NCBI GenBank assembly: GCA_038087875.1
Contig: CM075989.1
Coordinates: 4,340,001 to 4,404,000, forward strand
Direction: 5' to 3'
Source of the DNA: Malacoraja senta
Taxonomy: Eukaryota
DNA length: 64,000 nt
In this document: in pieces, positions 62,060 to 64,000 of the stretch
How the letters are laid out: each line of letters starts with the position of its first letter
Position numbering within the stretch: position 1 is the stretch's first letter
Notes under the pieces: model-generated
Told to the model about the DNA's origin: nothing
What the model saw: only the letters and a program-made list of their open reading frames with translations
Database searches by the model: none
Translations under genes and position numbers: made by a program

Positions 62060-62320
62060 GTTTTGAAATGTATTCATTGATGTAATAGAGACTGCACACC
62101 AGCCAATGTGAACACAGCAGGAAGCTACAGAGAACTACCAGATAAATGACCAGATAATCTCTTTTAATGATATTGGTTAAAGTGGAAGTGTTGGACAGGT
62201 CACCAGGTAAACTCCACCATTCTCCTGTTGAGCAGAGCAATGGGATCTTTCCCACCTATATGAAGGAGTAGACAAACCTTGGTTTAACCAACGTCTGAAG
62301 GACACTCTCACGGGACTGCA
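62060..62320 (-). mobile_element. Ancient DeuSINE (SacSINE1/AmnSINE1-like Deu domain), diverged
   Basis: CAGCCAATGTGAACACAGCA...AATGACCAGATAATCT...TGATATTGGTT...ATGGGATCTTT...CCTTGGTTTAAC follows the Deu-domain consensus order as I recall it. Confidence 0.7.
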
Positions 62321-62455
62321 TGAGAACCCTGAGAATGTATATCGTAAGCGACCCATACTCTGCAGAGTAGATAAGGAAGGTAAAACAAGTGGTAGGACAA
62401 AGCTCCATTTTCTCAACCTACTGTTCTACTTCTGCAAGAGAAGCAAAGCAATATA

Positions 62456-62695
62456 AGCATGGTGGCGCAGCGCTAGAGTTTCAGCCTTACAGCACCAGAG
62501 ACCCAGGTTTGATCCTGACTATGGGTGCTGCCTGTACGGAGTATGTACGTTCCCTCCCTGACCTGCATGGGTTTGCGCCAGGCGTTCCCTAGTGTGTGTA
62601 GGATAGCGCTTGTGTGTGGGGATCGCTGGTCGGCACGGACTTGGTGGGCCGAAGGGCCTGTTTCCGTGCTGTATCGCTACACCAAACAAAACTGA
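62456..62695 (+). mobile_element. HE1-like SINE with internal deletion
   Basis: Head and tail of the consensus are present. Confidence 0.85.
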
Positions 62696-62938
62696 ACAAA
62701 GTGCTGGAGTAACTCAGTGGGTCAGGCAGTATTTCTGGAGAACATGGATAGGTGACGTTATGGCTCAGGATACTTCTTCAGACAGAAATAAAGATGAAGT
62801 ACCTACATTTTAATAAACCTATTTGGGTAGAAATCTGGTTCGGCAATGGCAGTGGACAAAAAGTAAGTGTCTAAACTATCAGCAAAGAATTATTTTGAGA
62901 AGGGTTAATTTTTTAGGAAATTCCTGTTTTTTCATGTA

Positions 62939-63140
62939 TAATAATAATAATAATGAATTTTATTTACGGGCGCCTTATACCGAGGTCTCAAGGACACCTT
63001 ACAGAGATTTATAGGAAACATATAATCAGAATTTAAAAAATAAGTTATAAAGACCAATACACAAATCAGGGACAGAATTCCTTCCAAAAAGACAAAAAAA
63101 GAAAATCAGAAGCACAATTTGAGGAGAGAGCAGCGGCAGT
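62939..63140 (-). mobile_element. L2-type 3' end
   Basis: Reverse of TGTAAGGTGTCCTTGAG...GCGCCCGTAAATAAAAT + (TTA)n. Confidence 0.7.
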
Positions 63141-64000
63141 ATAGATTGGCAATCCCAGTTCACTTTGATCATTTATTAGTAGTGAAAGGGTTCTCAATGG
63201 TGTCTGTACACCCCCCTGATAGCTTTTGGCTATCCGAGTGTTGTTGTCCTTTAGGCAAGAGCGCCGTTGAGTTTGACCATCACTTGCCTCTCCCAGTCAG
63301 ACCTTGACCATGTCCAAAATGCATATATCATTCGCCCTCAGACGCAAATCCAATTAAGTTTCACTTGGTCTTTGATCCGAATTGTACAATGTACAGCTCT
63401 GATGGGGGGGGGGGGGGTCCCGGACAGGGGTGAGGGGGGGACGCACCGAGAATGAAGCGGGGACTCATCGGGGGTACACCTAAAATGAAGGGGAACTAGT
63501 GGAGAGGGGGGAGGGTCTTGCTGCCACCACGTGCAGCAGTAGAAGGGACTCTTCGGTGATCTTTTGTAACTTTGTCAGTGCCAAAATGTGGTGACACTTG
63601 TGTACTGCCTAGGTGAGGTCTGCTACATGTTTTTACTGGGTTGTATGTAAAACAAAGCATTTCAGTGTACCTGCGACATGCAACAATAAAGTATCATTGA
63701 ATCCTTGAAAGTTTCCCCGATGCCACTAATACAACGTTGTGGAGGCCAACACAACAAGCATTTCAACCTCCACTTGTCCCATTCTCACCTCCATACCATC
63801 CCACTCTTTTCCAACCCAACAGATTTGAGTCTGCCTACATCCAAAATAAAACCATTGCCATATTACGAGGTACATCAGTGGAAGCCCAATCAATAATCAA
63901 GTACTTTACTGGACACTAGATGAGCAACCAGAGCAGCCTTGAAGATATCAGGAATTTCCATAAAACTGTCAAAACAATTCTTACCAGATAGTGTAGACAC

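Overview
Repeat-dominated, non-coding vertebrate DNA, most likely from a cartilaginous fish (skate/ray). This is inferred from the HE1-type tRNA SINEs with (CTAAA)n tails, CR1 LINEs and a Deu-domain SINE. I found no host protein-coding exon: every interpretable ORF is a transposon remnant, and there is one assembly gap (37788-37987). The window holds a near full-length degenerate DIRS retrotransposon nested in a CR1, a 5'-truncated L1 with a TSD, and fragments of CR1, Rex1/Babar, L2, Tx1 and probably RTEX. It also has about 28 HE1-like SINEs, seven PIF/Harbinger-like MITEs and several repeat-free blocks that look like conserved enhancers. The main signal is a very abundant small (about 90-250 bp) Penelope-LTR-derived element carrying a minimal hammerhead ribozyme core (CUGAAGA-stem II-GAAACGUC). 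It often occurs as an inverted dimer and is repeatedly flanked by 12-19 bp target-site duplications; one of these sites has an empty paralog inside the window. Also notable are the 3-bp AAT integration core of the DIRS element and an unclassified ~380-nt highly structured insert at 30.06-30.45 kb. All family names come from motif recognition, not database searches.
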